64,000 bases of DNA, from IMG/VR virus record IMGVR_UViG_3300042895_001344, positions 153,143-217,142 of that record. One strand, 5' to 3'. How positions within the stretch are numbered: position 1 is the stretch's first letter; every line of letters starts with the position of its first letter. The notes beneath the pieces were generated by a model that was not told the DNA's origin, did no database searches, and was given only the letters and a program-made list of their open reading frames with translations. Below are positions 39,524 to 48,570 of the stretch, one piece after another. The translations under genes and the position numbers were made by a program.

Positions 39524-39775
39524 TTAGATACTTTTAACTTTTCTCGTCTTAAACTGACTCACAATGTTCTCGTTTAAGAACTTACCTTGTGATTTAGCCA
39601 ATCTAAACTTTGTAAAAGTTGTAGACGGAACGTTTTGGTACTCATAAGATTTACCTGTTGTAAAGGTAACTCTTAAATTTTCTTTTAAAGTGTCGTAAGA
39701 CGCAGCCTTTAAACTAGTGGAAGCGATTGATACGGTGATCATCTTTCCGTTGATTTTTTCTTTTTTTACTGACAT
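39524..39775 (-). CDS. KTSC-domain protein (paralog)
   Basis: STSLKAASY...LRVTFTTGKSYEYQNVP...AKSQGKFLNENI. Confidence 0.88.
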   Translation of the reverse strand: MSVKKEKINGKMITVSIASTSLKAASYDTLKENLRVTFTTGKSYEYQNVPSTTFTKFRLAKSQGKFLNENIVSQFKTRKVKSI

Positions 39776-39842
39776 GGTGTTAAATTTTATATTATAAATC
39801 TACACAAATATATCCATAAAAAAAAATTTTAGAGAAAATATT

Positions 39843-40199
39843 TTAATTCAATGAAATCAATCTTTCTAAACTTTTCTTCTTATCAATTGGTAATGAAAGA
39901 GTTAGAACTCCGTTTTCTACTTTTCCTTCGATTTCTTTTTCTTTAACATCTTCTGGAATATTGTAGGATTTCACAAAACTTCCAATAAAATGATGTGTAT
40001 TATCACTCTCTTCTTTTTGGTAAGTGATCTTTAACACACCTTCTTTGGTAGAAATTTTAAGGTCTTCCTTTGTTAAACCAGGAACACTGATGGATACCGT
40101 GTATCCTAATTCATCTTTTTCGATGTTAGTTTCAGGAGTAGATAGAAATCCCTTCGTGTCCAATCCTCTAAAAAATGGGTCTTTAAATAATGTAATCAT
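39843..40199 (-). CDS. Small heat-shock protein (Hsp20)
   Basis: VPGLTKEDLKI, F.KSYNIP, GKVENGVLTLSLP. Confidence 0.92.
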   Translation of the reverse strand: MITLFKDPFFRGLDTKGFLSTPETNIEKDELGYTVSISVPGLTKEDLKISTKEGVLKITYQKEESDNTHHFIGSFVKSYNIPEDVKEKEIEGKVENGVLTLSLPIDKKKSLERLISLN

Positions 40200-40323
40200 A
40201 ATATATTGTTTTTATACTCTCTTACTAACAAAATTTTTGCCAACACATTAATTTAGACAACTTGTCATAGTTTTTTAATTTTATTTGACAACTTGTCATT
40301 AAAATAAATTTATACACAACCGT

Positions 40324-40354
40324 TTTGTTTTTAGTTCGATTTATGTTATGTTTG
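40324..40354 (+). promoter_or_regulatory. Bacteroidota-type promoter TTTG-N19-TATGTTTG
   Basis: Exact consensus upstream of the ATG at 40379. Confidence 0.7.
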
Positions 40355-40378
40355 TACTGTAAACTAAACTTATTATTT

Positions 40379-42412
40379 ATGTCAGTAGATTTTTTTGAGG
40401 ATGGACCAACCACGAACCCCAAGAAGGTTAGAAAAGGGTCAAACACACCAATCTTGGACAATTTCTCTCGTGATCTTATTAAGATGGCTGAAGAGGGTAA
40501 AATTGATCCTGTAGTTGGTAGGGATAAAGAGGTAAAAAGAATTGCTCAAATTCTATCTCGTAAAAAGAAAAACAACGCGGTAATTGTTGGAGAGGCTGGT
40601 GTCGGTAAATCAGCGTTAGTTGAAAAATTAGCATTAATGATATACAAAGGAGATTGTCCTTCAAATCTCTTAGACAAACGTATCATGTCTTTGGATTTAA
40701 CTTCATTAGTTGCCGGTACAAAATACCGTGGACAATTTGAAGAGAGAATTAAAGCAATTATCAACGAATTACAAGAGGCTCCAAACGTAATCATCTTTAT
40801 TGATGAATTACATACTATGGTTGGTGCCGGTAATGCGAGTGGTGCGATGGATGCTGCAAATATTTTAAAACCCGCATTAGCACGTGGTGAATTACAATGT
40901 ATTGGTGCAACAACATTTGATGAATTTAAAAAACATATTGAAAAAGACGCAGCATTAGTTCGTCGTTTTCAAAAAATAGTTTTACAAGAACCAACCGAAG
41001 AAGAAACATTAGAAATTCTTAAAAACTTAACAACATCATATCAAGACTTTCACAAAGTAAGTTATGAAGAAGGTGTTTTAGAAACTATTGTTAAACTTTC
41101 AGGTCGTTATATTACTGATAGACAATTTCCTGATAAGGCAATTGACGTATTAGATGAATTAGGTTCTGAAAAAAGAGTATCGTCTAAAATTCCTGAAGTA
41201 ATTGAAAAATTAAAAAAGGAAATTGACATTATTAAAGAAAAGAAAGTTCAAGTTGTAAAAAGTCAAAATTACGAACAAGCTGCGAAGCTTCGTGATGAAG
41301 AAAGGAAGGTCACAACAAAATTAGATGAAGAAAAATTAAAGTGGTCCGACAAACAAAAAGATAATAAAATACCGGTTTCATTAGATGATGTTTACGACAT
41401 CGTTAGTGATATGACGGGAGTTCCAATTACTAAACTTGACACTAAAGAAACTAAGAAGTTATTAGAACTTGAAAATATTTTATCTTCAAAAGTAATTGGT
41501 CAAGACGAAGCGGTTAAAACAATCTCTAAGGCAATTAGAAGAAATCGTGTAGGTATCAAAGAAGCAAATAAACCAATCGGTTCATTTATTTTTATCGGAT
41601 CAACAGGTGTTGGTAAAACATATCTTGCAAAGTCAATTGCTGAAACCTTATTTGGTGATCCTGATAAAATTATCCGTGTTGATATGAGTGAGTATATGGA
41701 GAAACATAATGTATCTAAATTAATCGGTTCTCCACCGGGTTATGTCGGTTATGATGAAGGGGGTCAGTTGACTGAGAAGATTAAAAATAACCCATTCTCT
41801 GTCGTTTTATTTGATGAAATTGAGAAGGCTCATAAAGACGTGTTTAATATCTTACTCCAAATTTTAGATGAAGGACATTTAACAGATTCATTTGGTAGAA
41901 AAATTAATTTCACAAATACAATTGTTATCATGACATCTAACGTAGGAGCTAAACGTGTATCTGATTTAGGTGCAGGTGTTGGATTTAAAACTTCATCAAG
42001 TGAAGAACAACAATATGAAGTTAGAAAGACAATGATTCAAAAGGCATTGAAACAACAATTCAATCCTGAGTTTTTAAATCGTATTGACGATATCATTCTA
42101 TTCAATTCATTAAATGATGAAACGTTAAGAAAAATTATTGGAATTGAAGTTAATAATTTAAACAAACGTTTAATTAATAAGAACTACAAAATTAATTTCG
42201 ATAAAACGGTTATCAATAGAATTTATGAATTGAACTCACAAGAAGAGTACGGTGCACGTCCGTTAAAACGTATTATACAAAATCTTTGTGAAGACTTTTT
42301 GAGTGAGGAAATTTTAAAAGGTACAATTTTAGAAAATGTACAATATATTTTGAAATATAAGGACGAAAATTTAACTATCACTAAAAAAACCACCAATATT
42401 GAATCAAAATAA
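40379..42412 (+). CDS. clpC: ClpC-type AAA+ chaperone lacking the Clp N-domain
   Basis: GEAGVGKS and GSTGVGKT Walker A motifs, IDELH and FDEIEK Walker B motifs, UVR-type middle domain, GVGF loop. The start is moved from 40325 to the ATG at 40379, after the promoter. Confidence 0.9.
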   Translation: MSVDFFEDGPTTNPKKVRKGSNTPILDNFSRDLIKMAEEGKIDPVVGRDKEVKRIAQILSRKKKNNAVIVGEAGVGKSALVEKLALMIYKGDCPSNLLDKRIMSLDLTSLVAGTKYRGQFEERIKAIINELQEAPNVIIFIDELHTMVGAGNASGAMDAANILKPALARGELQCIGATTFDEFKKHIEKDAALVRRFQKIVLQEPTEEETLEILKNLTTSYQDFHKVSYEEGVLETIVKLSGRYITDRQFPDKAIDVLDELGSEKRVSSKIPEVIEKLKKEIDIIKEKKVQVVKSQNYEQAAKLRDEERKVTTKLDEEKLKWSDKQKDNKIPVSLDDVYDIVSDMTGVPITKLDTKETKKLLELENILSSKVIGQDEAVKTISKAIRRNRVGIKEANKPIGSFIFIGSTGVGKTYLAKSIAETLFGDPDKIIRVDMSEYMEKHNVSKLIGSPPGYVGYDEGGQLTEKIKNNPFSVVLFDEIEKAHKDVFNILLQILDEGHLTDSFGRKINFTNTIVIMTSNVGAKRVSDLGAGVGFKTSSSEEQQYEVRKTMIQKALKQQFNPEFLNRIDDIILFNSLNDETLRKIIGIEVNNLNKRLINKNYKINFDKTVINRIYELNSQEEYGARPLKRIIQNLCEDFLSEEILKGTILENVQYILKYKDENLTITKKTTNIESK

Positions 42413-43058
42413 TCTTTGGGTATTTGGAGATTCCTTTTCTGTTCCATTTAAAAAAATAGAAAAGGAATGTCCTTATGTCCATTATAAAGGGTACTGTCCA
42501 AAAATATATTCAGAACTTTTATCTGAAAAATTAGAATATAATTTAATTGATATGTCAATTGGTGGATGTTCTAATTATAGTTTATTCCATAAATTTATTG
42601 ACTGTGTAGAAAAAATTAAACCTAATGACATTTTAATATTTGGTTGGACACAACCAATTAGATTTAGGGTTGCATCTAAACATAATGATTTTTATGACGT
42701 TATGATTGCGGTTGTAAAACATATGACTGACATGTTTACACTTAAAGTTGATACGTTACAGGACATAACAATTAATCGAAATGAAAATTCCGTTTATTAC
42801 ACCGAATTATCGGATTACATAAAACTTATAAATTTTACATTAAAAAATAATAAAATAATTCATTGGACTTGGGTAGAACCATCTAATAAATTTTTTACTG
42901 ATGAAAAACAATATGAAAAAGCATATTATGATTTATTAGAACCATATAAAAAATATCTTTTAATAAAAGAAGAAACAAATAAAGAAATTGACGATTTTCA
43001 TTATGGTGAAATTGCTCATTTAGAATTATCAGAAGATTTATATAAAAAAATAATGTAA
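42399..43058 (+). CDS. SGNH/GDSL-like hypothetical protein (start uncertain, TTG)
   Basis: VFGDSFS, GGCSN, D.HY motifs. Confidence 0.55.
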   Translation: MNQNNLWVFGDSFSVPFKKIEKECPYVHYKGYCPKIYSELLSEKLEYNLIDMSIGGCSNYSLFHKFIDCVEKIKPNDILIFGWTQPIRFRVASKHNDFYDVMIAVVKHMTDMFTLKVDTLQDITINRNENSVYYTELSDYIKLINFTLKNNKIIHWTWVEPSNKFFTDEKQYEKAYYDLLEPYKKYLLIKEETNKEIDDFHYGEIAHLELSEDLYKKIM

Positions 43059-43094
43059 ATAGTTGACTTTTTATTAAAGTTATATATATTTATA

Positions 43095-43198
43095 TCACTA
43101 TAGGTTCTCTTTGTCGATTACCTTTTCGTTTTTCAAAAGTAAGTGGGGTTGAACCCACCCAAAGACCTTAAACCCCGACATCTCGTTGGGGTTTTTTT
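43095..43198 (+). ncRNA. Candidate ~100-nt structured small RNA
   Basis: Bounded by a promoter-like GTTG-N19-TATATTTA and a terminator; no ATG; multibranch fold. Confidence 0.4.
43170..43198 (+). terminator. Intrinsic terminator
   Basis: AAACCCCGAC-ATCTC-GTTGGGGTTT plus T-run. Confidence 0.8.
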
Positions 43199-43242
43199 AT
43201 GTAATTTGGTTTTATCGTTAAACTTTCGTATATTTACTATAT

Positions 43243-43461
43243 ATGAAAAAAGTAACATTTATTTTAGCTCTTGGTGTAGCACTTACACTAACAGCATGTG
43301 GTTCAGGGTCAGCCGCAACAGAAACAACAGACTCTACAGTAGCTCCTGTTGCAGATACAACTGCAGTAGTCGCTGATTCAACAGTATCACCTGTAGAAGG
43401 TGGTGGTGTTTTATTAAAAGAAGGTGCTGAAAAACCAGTATCTAATGAAGAAGTAAAATAA
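43243..43461 (+). CDS. Small lipoprotein with three D-S/T-T motifs
   Basis: MKK + hydrophobic stretch + LTAC lipobox; own promoter (TTTG-N20-TATATTTA) and terminator. Confidence 0.75.
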   Translation: MKKVTFILALGVALTLTACGSGSAATETTDSTVAPVADTTAVVADSTVSPVEGGGVLLKEGAEKPVSNEEVK

Positions 43462-43465
43462 GAAA

Positions 43466-43497
43466 TAGGGGTTGGTTTATTCTGACCCCCATTTTTT
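43466..43497 (+). terminator. Intrinsic terminator
   Basis: GGGGTTG...TGACCCC imperfect stem followed by a T-run. Confidence 0.55.
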
Positions 43498-43514
43498 AAT
43501 CCTAAATCTCTCCT

Positions 43515-43943
43515 ATGGATATTACAAACGAGACACAAGGCGAATTAATATTATTACGAGGTTTACCTGGTTCAGGTAAAACAACTCTAGCAAAAATCAT
43601 ACTACAACTTAGAAGTACGGACGAACCTGAAATTTTATCTGCCGATGATTTTTTCGAAGATAAAGAAGGTGATTACAATTTTGATCCTACTAAATTAAAA
43701 GAAGCTCATAACTATTGTCAATTTAGATGCTCAGAAAGAATGAGACAACAAAAGGCAAAGATAGTTGTTGCAAATACTTTTACCCAAGAATGGGAAATGG
43801 ACGAATATTTTAAAATGGCTGAAAGATACAATTATCGTGTTCATACAGTGGTTGTTGAAAACAGACATGGTAATGAAAATATTCATGGGGTTCCCGAAGA
43901 TAAACTTCAACAAATGAAGAATAGATTTCAAGTTAAACTTTAA
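43515..43943 (+). CDS. P-loop polynucleotide-kinase-like protein (AAA_33/N4BP2 type)
   Basis: LRGLPGSGKTT, SADDFF, VVANTFT, IHGVP. Confidence 0.8.
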   Translation: MDITNETQGELILLRGLPGSGKTTLAKIILQLRSTDEPEILSADDFFEDKEGDYNFDPTKLKEAHNYCQFRCSERMRQQKAKIVVANTFTQEWEMDEYFKMAERYNYRVHTVVVENRHGNENIHGVPEDKLQQMKNRFQVKL

Positions 43944-44185
43944 TGAGTCAATTTATTTCTTCTTTTATTGAATCCATAAATCCAAAACCAAAGATGAAAT
44001 TTCACGCTAACTTACATAGAAACCAATGGTCAATATATCCATTACCTTTTGTTTATTTTTATTTTGAAACATGTCAACCAGATTCTCATGTATCAATTTG
44101 GAAAAACAAAATATGTGGAGTATATTTGTCCTTTAATTGGTTGAAACATACTTACAACATCGGAATCCACAAAACAATAAACTAA
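43943..44185 (+). CDS. Hypothetical protein
   Basis: 80-aa ORF coupled on both sides. Confidence 0.6.
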   Translation: MSQFISSFIESINPKPKMKFHANLHRNQWSIYPLPFVYFYFETCQPDSHVSIWKNKICGVYLSFNWLKHTYNIGIHKTIN

Positions 44186-45255
44186 TGTTAGAGATTTTAG
44201 AGAAATATTATACTGATGGTTTGTTACATAAACAAACACATCCTACTAAAGATTTGACTATATGGAATTATTCTCCTAAAGTTCAATACGAAAGATTGTG
44301 GGATGATATTACTTTGCAATGCCGTGGATTGGTGACCAATTCAAAAGGTGATATTGTTGCAAGACCATTTAAGAAATTCTTTAACTACGAAGAACATAAA
44401 CCAGAAGATATTCCAAATGAAACTTATGTTGTTTATGAAAAGATGGATGGATCATTAGGTATTCTTTTTAATTATGAAGGAGAATGGATATTATCCACTC
44501 GTGGTTCTTTTACATCACCGCAAGCAATTAAAGGAAAAGAAATTCTTGATAGACACGACATCAGTGCGTGGAGAAAAGACAACACATATTTGTTTGAAAT
44601 TATTTATCCTGAAAATAGAATTGTTGTTGATTACAAAGGTGAAGAAAAATTAGTTGTTCTTGGTGCTTTTCATACTGAAAGTGGAATGGAAATACCTGAT
44701 AGTAGTTTATTTTGGACACAAGATTCAGGATTTGAAGTTGCTATGACATACAAAACTTGGGGAGAAGGATATGATTTACTTAAAGAAGAAATATCTAAAG
44801 ATAGAGAAGGATATGTAATTAAATTTAAGAATGGTTTTCGTATGAAAATCAAAGGAGAAGAATATAAAAGATTACATAAAATATTAACCAACTTTTCATC
44901 CAAAGATATTTGGGAATTATTGAGGGATGGAAAACCTATGGATGAATTTTTAGATAGGGTACCTGATGAATTTTACAAGTGGGTTAAACAACAAGTGAGT
45001 TCTTTTGAATATGCCAAATACAGAATTGGTGAACATTGTGGTAAGATACACGATTATTTTAGATATGGAAAATATGGTGATGTGGACCCAATGCCAACAA
45101 AAAAAGATTTTGCGTTACATTTAGAAAAATGTAATGTTGAGACATTTTATAGACCAATATTATTTGCAATGTGGGACGGAAAACCATATGAACATATTAT
45201 TTGGAGAATAATGAAACCTAAATACGAAAAACCATTTAAGAAAGATGAAAATTAA
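44185..45255 (+). CDS. T4 Rnl1-type RNA ligase
   Basis: CRGLV, KKFFN, EKMDGSLG (motif I), FEII, EGYVI, MKIK; likely start is the ATG at 44185. Confidence 0.92.
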   Translation: MLEILEKYYTDGLLHKQTHPTKDLTIWNYSPKVQYERLWDDITLQCRGLVTNSKGDIVARPFKKFFNYEEHKPEDIPNETYVVYEKMDGSLGILFNYEGEWILSTRGSFTSPQAIKGKEILDRHDISAWRKDNTYLFEIIYPENRIVVDYKGEEKLVVLGAFHTESGMEIPDSSLFWTQDSGFEVAMTYKTWGEGYDLLKEEISKDREGYVIKFKNGFRMKIKGEEYKRLHKILTNFSSKDIWELLRDGKPMDEFLDRVPDEFYKWVKQQVSSFEYAKYRIGEHCGKIHDYFRYGKYGDVDPMPTKKDFALHLEKCNVETFYRPILFAMWDGKPYEHIIWRIMKPKYEKPFKKDEN

Positions 45256-45733
45256 TAATAGATTGAGATTATACCTTGACGATATAAGAACTCCTGTGGA
45301 TGATGATTGGATTGTTGTGAGAAATTATGATGAATTTGTTGCACAAATAAAATTACATGGATTAGGTAATTTTGAAGTTATATCCTTAGATCATGATTTA
45401 GGTGAAGGTGCTATGGTGGAATACTATACAAATGTAAAAAATAATTATATGTTGGATTACAACAACATAGAAGAAAGAACGGGAATGGATTGTTGTAGAT
45501 ATTTGGTTAGTGAGAGTATGAACGAAAAAATACCCTTACCTCAAGTATATATACATTCCGCAAACCCTATTGGTTCCGCAAATATGATGGGATATATCAA
45601 CAATTATTTAATGAATTGTAGACTACCTCAAACCTGTGTAAGAGTTCAAATTAATCACACCATTAATGAAATCCACATGTTATCCCCTGAAGCACGTAAA
45701 GCAAAGTGGGATCGTAGTATGGAGAATGAATAA
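45245..45733 (+). CDS. Cyclic-phosphate-processing receiver-like domain protein
   Basis: LYLDDIR, SLDHDLG, TGMD, IHSANPIG. Confidence 0.8.
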   Translation: MKINNRLRLYLDDIRTPVDDDWIVVRNYDEFVAQIKLHGLGNFEVISLDHDLGEGAMVEYYTNVKNNYMLDYNNIEERTGMDCCRYLVSESMNEKIPLPQVYIHSANPIGSANMMGYINNYLMNCRLPQTCVRVQINHTINEIHMLSPEARKAKWDRSMENE

Positions 45734-45800
45734 TTCTTGGATATTCAAAAAAAATCATTATTTTTACGTTCATAACTAAACAAACTAAACACTTACCCAC

Positions 45801-46139
45801 ATGGAAAATTTGGATCAACCAAAAAGAAGAAAGAAACCTTATAAAGAATTGATTATCAATGGAATTTATAAGGATTGGAAAAGTTTTTACGAACCAAACA
45901 AAGAAGACATTTATAAATCTATAATTGAAATTTTTGAGGAGTTTAAAAACACAAGAAAAAAATCTTTAGTATTAAAACTTTCAGCTAAGTTTAAAAACAC
46001 TGATTGGAATACAGAATTTGAATTTCATCGTAATGAAACCATTGTTTTAAAAAGAGATATTTTACCTTTTTTTGAAGAAAATGAAGATTATGAAATGTGT
46101 GGTCAAGTATTAAATTTACATAAAGAATTGACTTCTTAA
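45801..46139 (+). CDS. Hypothetical protein with a C-terminal UVR-like motif
   Basis: FFEENEDYEMCGQV. Confidence 0.55.
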   Translation: MENLDQPKRRKKPYKELIINGIYKDWKSFYEPNKEDIYKSIIEIFEEFKNTRKKSLVLKLSAKFKNTDWNTEFEFHRNETIVLKRDILPFFEENEDYEMCGQVLNLHKELTS

Positions 46140-46197
46140 AATATAATTAATATATTAGTAAAGTATCAGGAGAGAGGTACATTTATTTTTTGTCAAG

Positions 46198-46228
46198 TCC
46201 TCGAGGTTTATACTTCGGGGATTTTTTT
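46198..46228 (+). terminator. Intrinsic terminator at the convergence with the envelope module
   Basis: TCCTCGAGG-TTATA-CTTCGGGGA plus T-run. Confidence 0.75.
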
Positions 46229-47835
46229 TATAATACCATTCTACTACCTATTTGGAAATTACTTAAAAAATCAGAAAATGGTTTGGTGTTTCCACTCATT
46301 TTGTAGTTTGCGGAGAACCCAAATCTCTTACTAATTTTATAATCAAATGCTGCACCTAATAAAAATCCCATATGTCTATTGACTGTTGTTACACCCGTTG
46401 CACTATTATAACTTATAGGTGCAAACATTGTAAATACCTGTGGTGATATTGTTAATTTTTTATTATACTGATAAGGTTTAGTCCAAAACACAATTGCAGA
46501 TGTAGCCATATTGTATTCAAACCCACCCGTCTCATCGTTTTTAAGTAATAGATTAATTACACCCACATTATAACCATATGTTCCTTTTTTTGCAGTTGGT
46601 TTGATGTATGTATATCCTAATAAATTCATATAGTTTCCACCTAAGTACGCAATTCCAGTTCCGTATGAATGTATTGCGTCTAATTGTCCATCTTCGGTCA
46701 TTCCCATTTTTGTTATACCACCCGTCATTACGATTGAACTTAAATTACTATTCACCATCAATCCAGCACTATAACTCACATCACCTGCTAACGATGATTT
46801 ACTAAGTCCTAATGATATAGACGCTAAGAAACTACCCGGAGTTGCTTCCATAACACTTATATCCGATGCCAATAGTGTTGGATTTGTTACCTCTTGTTTT
46901 TTCTTTTTTTCTTCTTCTTTTTTCTTTTCTTCCTCTTTCTTTTTCTCTTCCTCTTTTTTAGCTTCTTCTTTCTTCTCTTCTTCTTTTTTGGCTTCTTCCT
47001 TTTTCTCCTCAGTCTTTTTTTCTTCTGATTTCTTTTCTTCGGTTTTTGCTTCTTCTTTCTTTTCTTCTGTTTTAGCTTCAGTTTTCTTTTCTTCGGTTTT
47101 TTGTTCTGCAGGTTTGTCCGATTTAGTTTCAGCAGGTTTTGCCTCCGCGGGTTTTGCTTCAGCAGGTTTTGCTTCTGTTGATGATGAACTACCACCACTT
47201 GCAGGAGGTGGAGATGAACTACCACTTGCGGGTGGTGGTGCAGCTGCCGGTGGAGGTGCTGCCGTTGGTGGGGGTGCAGTGACTACGGGTGGTGGGGGTG
47301 GTGGTGCAATGTTTATTGGTGGTGGTGTTGCTGCATTTGCCGCTGCAGAACTTGCTGCCGCACTTGCCGATGAACTTGCTGCCGATGATGCCGATGAACT
47401 TGCAGCCTTTGCCGCAGCCTCTGCAGCCGCCTTTGCTGCAGCATCTGCGGCAGCTTTTGCGGCGGCGTCCGATGCCGCTTTTGCTGCGGCATCTGCAGCT
47501 GCCTTTGCGGCTGCGTCAGCGGCAGCTCTTGCTGCAGCATCTGCGGCAGCTCTCGCGGCAGCTTCTTGTGCCAATCTTATATTATCATTTATAGGACAAG
47601 GAGTTGAAAATATTGAATTTACCCATACTTGAAACGCACCACTACTCATGTCAGCTAATGTAACTATTTTAGATTTACCTCTAATAACTGCAACCGTTTG
47701 ATTTTGACCAAAGGGAATTGTTACCACATAGACTTTATTGTCACATGGATCAATATATGTTTGTGTTATAGTACTTTGACTAAACGACTTAACATAAAAA
47801 AATAATATTAGGAGAGAGATAATATATTTTTTCAT
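46228..47835 (-). CDS. Exported protein with a long Ala/Pro/Lys/Glu linker and C-terminal outer-membrane beta-barrel
   Basis: Signal peptide ...VKSFS|Q; AAADAAAK, poly-Pro and EEKK tracts; amphipathic strands; ISPQVF motif. Confidence 0.7.
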   Translation of the reverse strand: MKKYIISLLILFFYVKSFSQSTITQTYIDPCDNKVYVVTIPFGQNQTVAVIRGKSKIVTLADMSSGAFQVWVNSIFSTPCPINDNIRLAQEAAARAAADAAARAAADAAAKAAADAAAKAASDAAAKAAADAAAKAAAEAAAKAASSSASSAASSSASAAASSAAANAATPPPINIAPPPPPPVVTAPPPTAAPPPAAAPPPASGSSSPPPASGGSSSSTEAKPAEAKPAEAKPAETKSDKPAEQKTEEKKTEAKTEEKKEEAKTEEKKSEEKKTEEKKEEAKKEEEKKEEAKKEEEKKKEEEKKKEEEKKKKQEVTNPTLLASDISVMEATPGSFLASISLGLSKSSLAGDVSYSAGLMVNSNLSSIVMTGGITKMGMTEDGQLDAIHSYGTGIAYLGGNYMNLLGYTYIKPTAKKGTYGYNVGVINLLLKNDETGGFEYNMATSAIVFWTKPYQYNKKLTISPQVFTMFAPISYNSATGVTTVNRHMGFLLGAAFDYKISKRFGFSANYKMSGNTKPFSDFLSNFQIGSRMVL

Positions 47836-47841
47836 TATTCG

Positions 47842-48570
47842 TTATTCAAATTTTTCATTATAATCTTTTATTGTAAATGGACAATATACTGAATATCTAA
47901 TGTCTTTTGATAAGTTTTTAGTTACCTCATGTACGTAATTGTATTTTTGATGTTCAATCAACACACATTTATTAAAATTTGGTAAAACTTCTATTTCACC
48001 ATTTTTAGTATAAAGTTTTAATAATGACCCATCATCAAATTTTCTATCGTTGTTTATAAAAAATACAGCAGTAAATAATCTTTCACCATTTGGGTCACTA
48101 TCAAAATGTTTCTTAATAAATGATCCTTCTGGATATACATTTATATGACCAACTAATGAATCTTTAAAATTTGGTTTAATTTTTTTATTAAATAATTCAA
48201 ATAATATGTTTTCGTAACATTTAGATATTAGATCATAAATTCCATTAGTTTTTAACAAACTACTATTATGTGTTAATAAAAAATTAAAATAATCATTTTC
48301 ATTAAATCCATATTGATCATTTAATTTATTTAAAAAACAATAATCTGTATAATTCAATGAATATGAATCTACTATTTTATTGTATCTTATTGGATCTATT
48401 TCTTTAACTTTATTTTCCACATCATTTGACCATTGTAAAAACCCTAACGAGCTATTAATCTCATCAACATTTACGTCAAAATTAATTAATGATGTATTAA
48501 GTTTAACAAACTCATCTTTAGTAAGATAATTTTCTAAATCAAATATTTTATAGTCAAAATCTAAATTCAT
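47842..48570 (-). CDS. 2OG-Fe(II) oxygenase (prolyl-hydroxylase-like)
   Basis: HFD, GSLL, VHEV, RYS. Confidence 0.8.
   Translation of the reverse strand: MNLDFDYKIFDLENYLTKDEFVKLNTSLINFDVNVDEINSSLGFLQWSNDVENKVKEIDPIRYNKIVDSYSLNYTDYCFLNKLNDQYGFNENDYFNFLLTHNSSLLKTNGIYDLISKCYENILFELFNKKIKPNFKDSLVGHINVYPEGSFIKKHFDSDPNGERLFTAVFFINNDRKFDDGSLLKLYTKNGEIEVLPNFNKCVLIEHQKYNYVHEVTKNLSKDIRYSVYCPFTIKDYNEKFE

Noticed and set aside
40325-40378. N-terminal extension of ClpC in the ORF track
   Set aside because: It overlaps a consensus promoter; the ATG at 40379 is the better start
43143-43376. 77-aa ORF starting inside the sRNA candidate
   Set aside because: Non-ATG start, runs through a terminator and overlaps the lipoprotein gene out of frame
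46160-46197. SD-like AGGAGAGAGGT followed by a terminator as an anti-SD sponge RNA
   Set aside because: More simply the 3-prime UTR and terminator of the 112-aa gene; no independent support
46887-47632. Several overlapping low-complexity ORFs (112, 214, 101 and 75 aa)
   Set aside because: Alternative-frame or antisense products of the Ala/Pro/Lys/Glu linker
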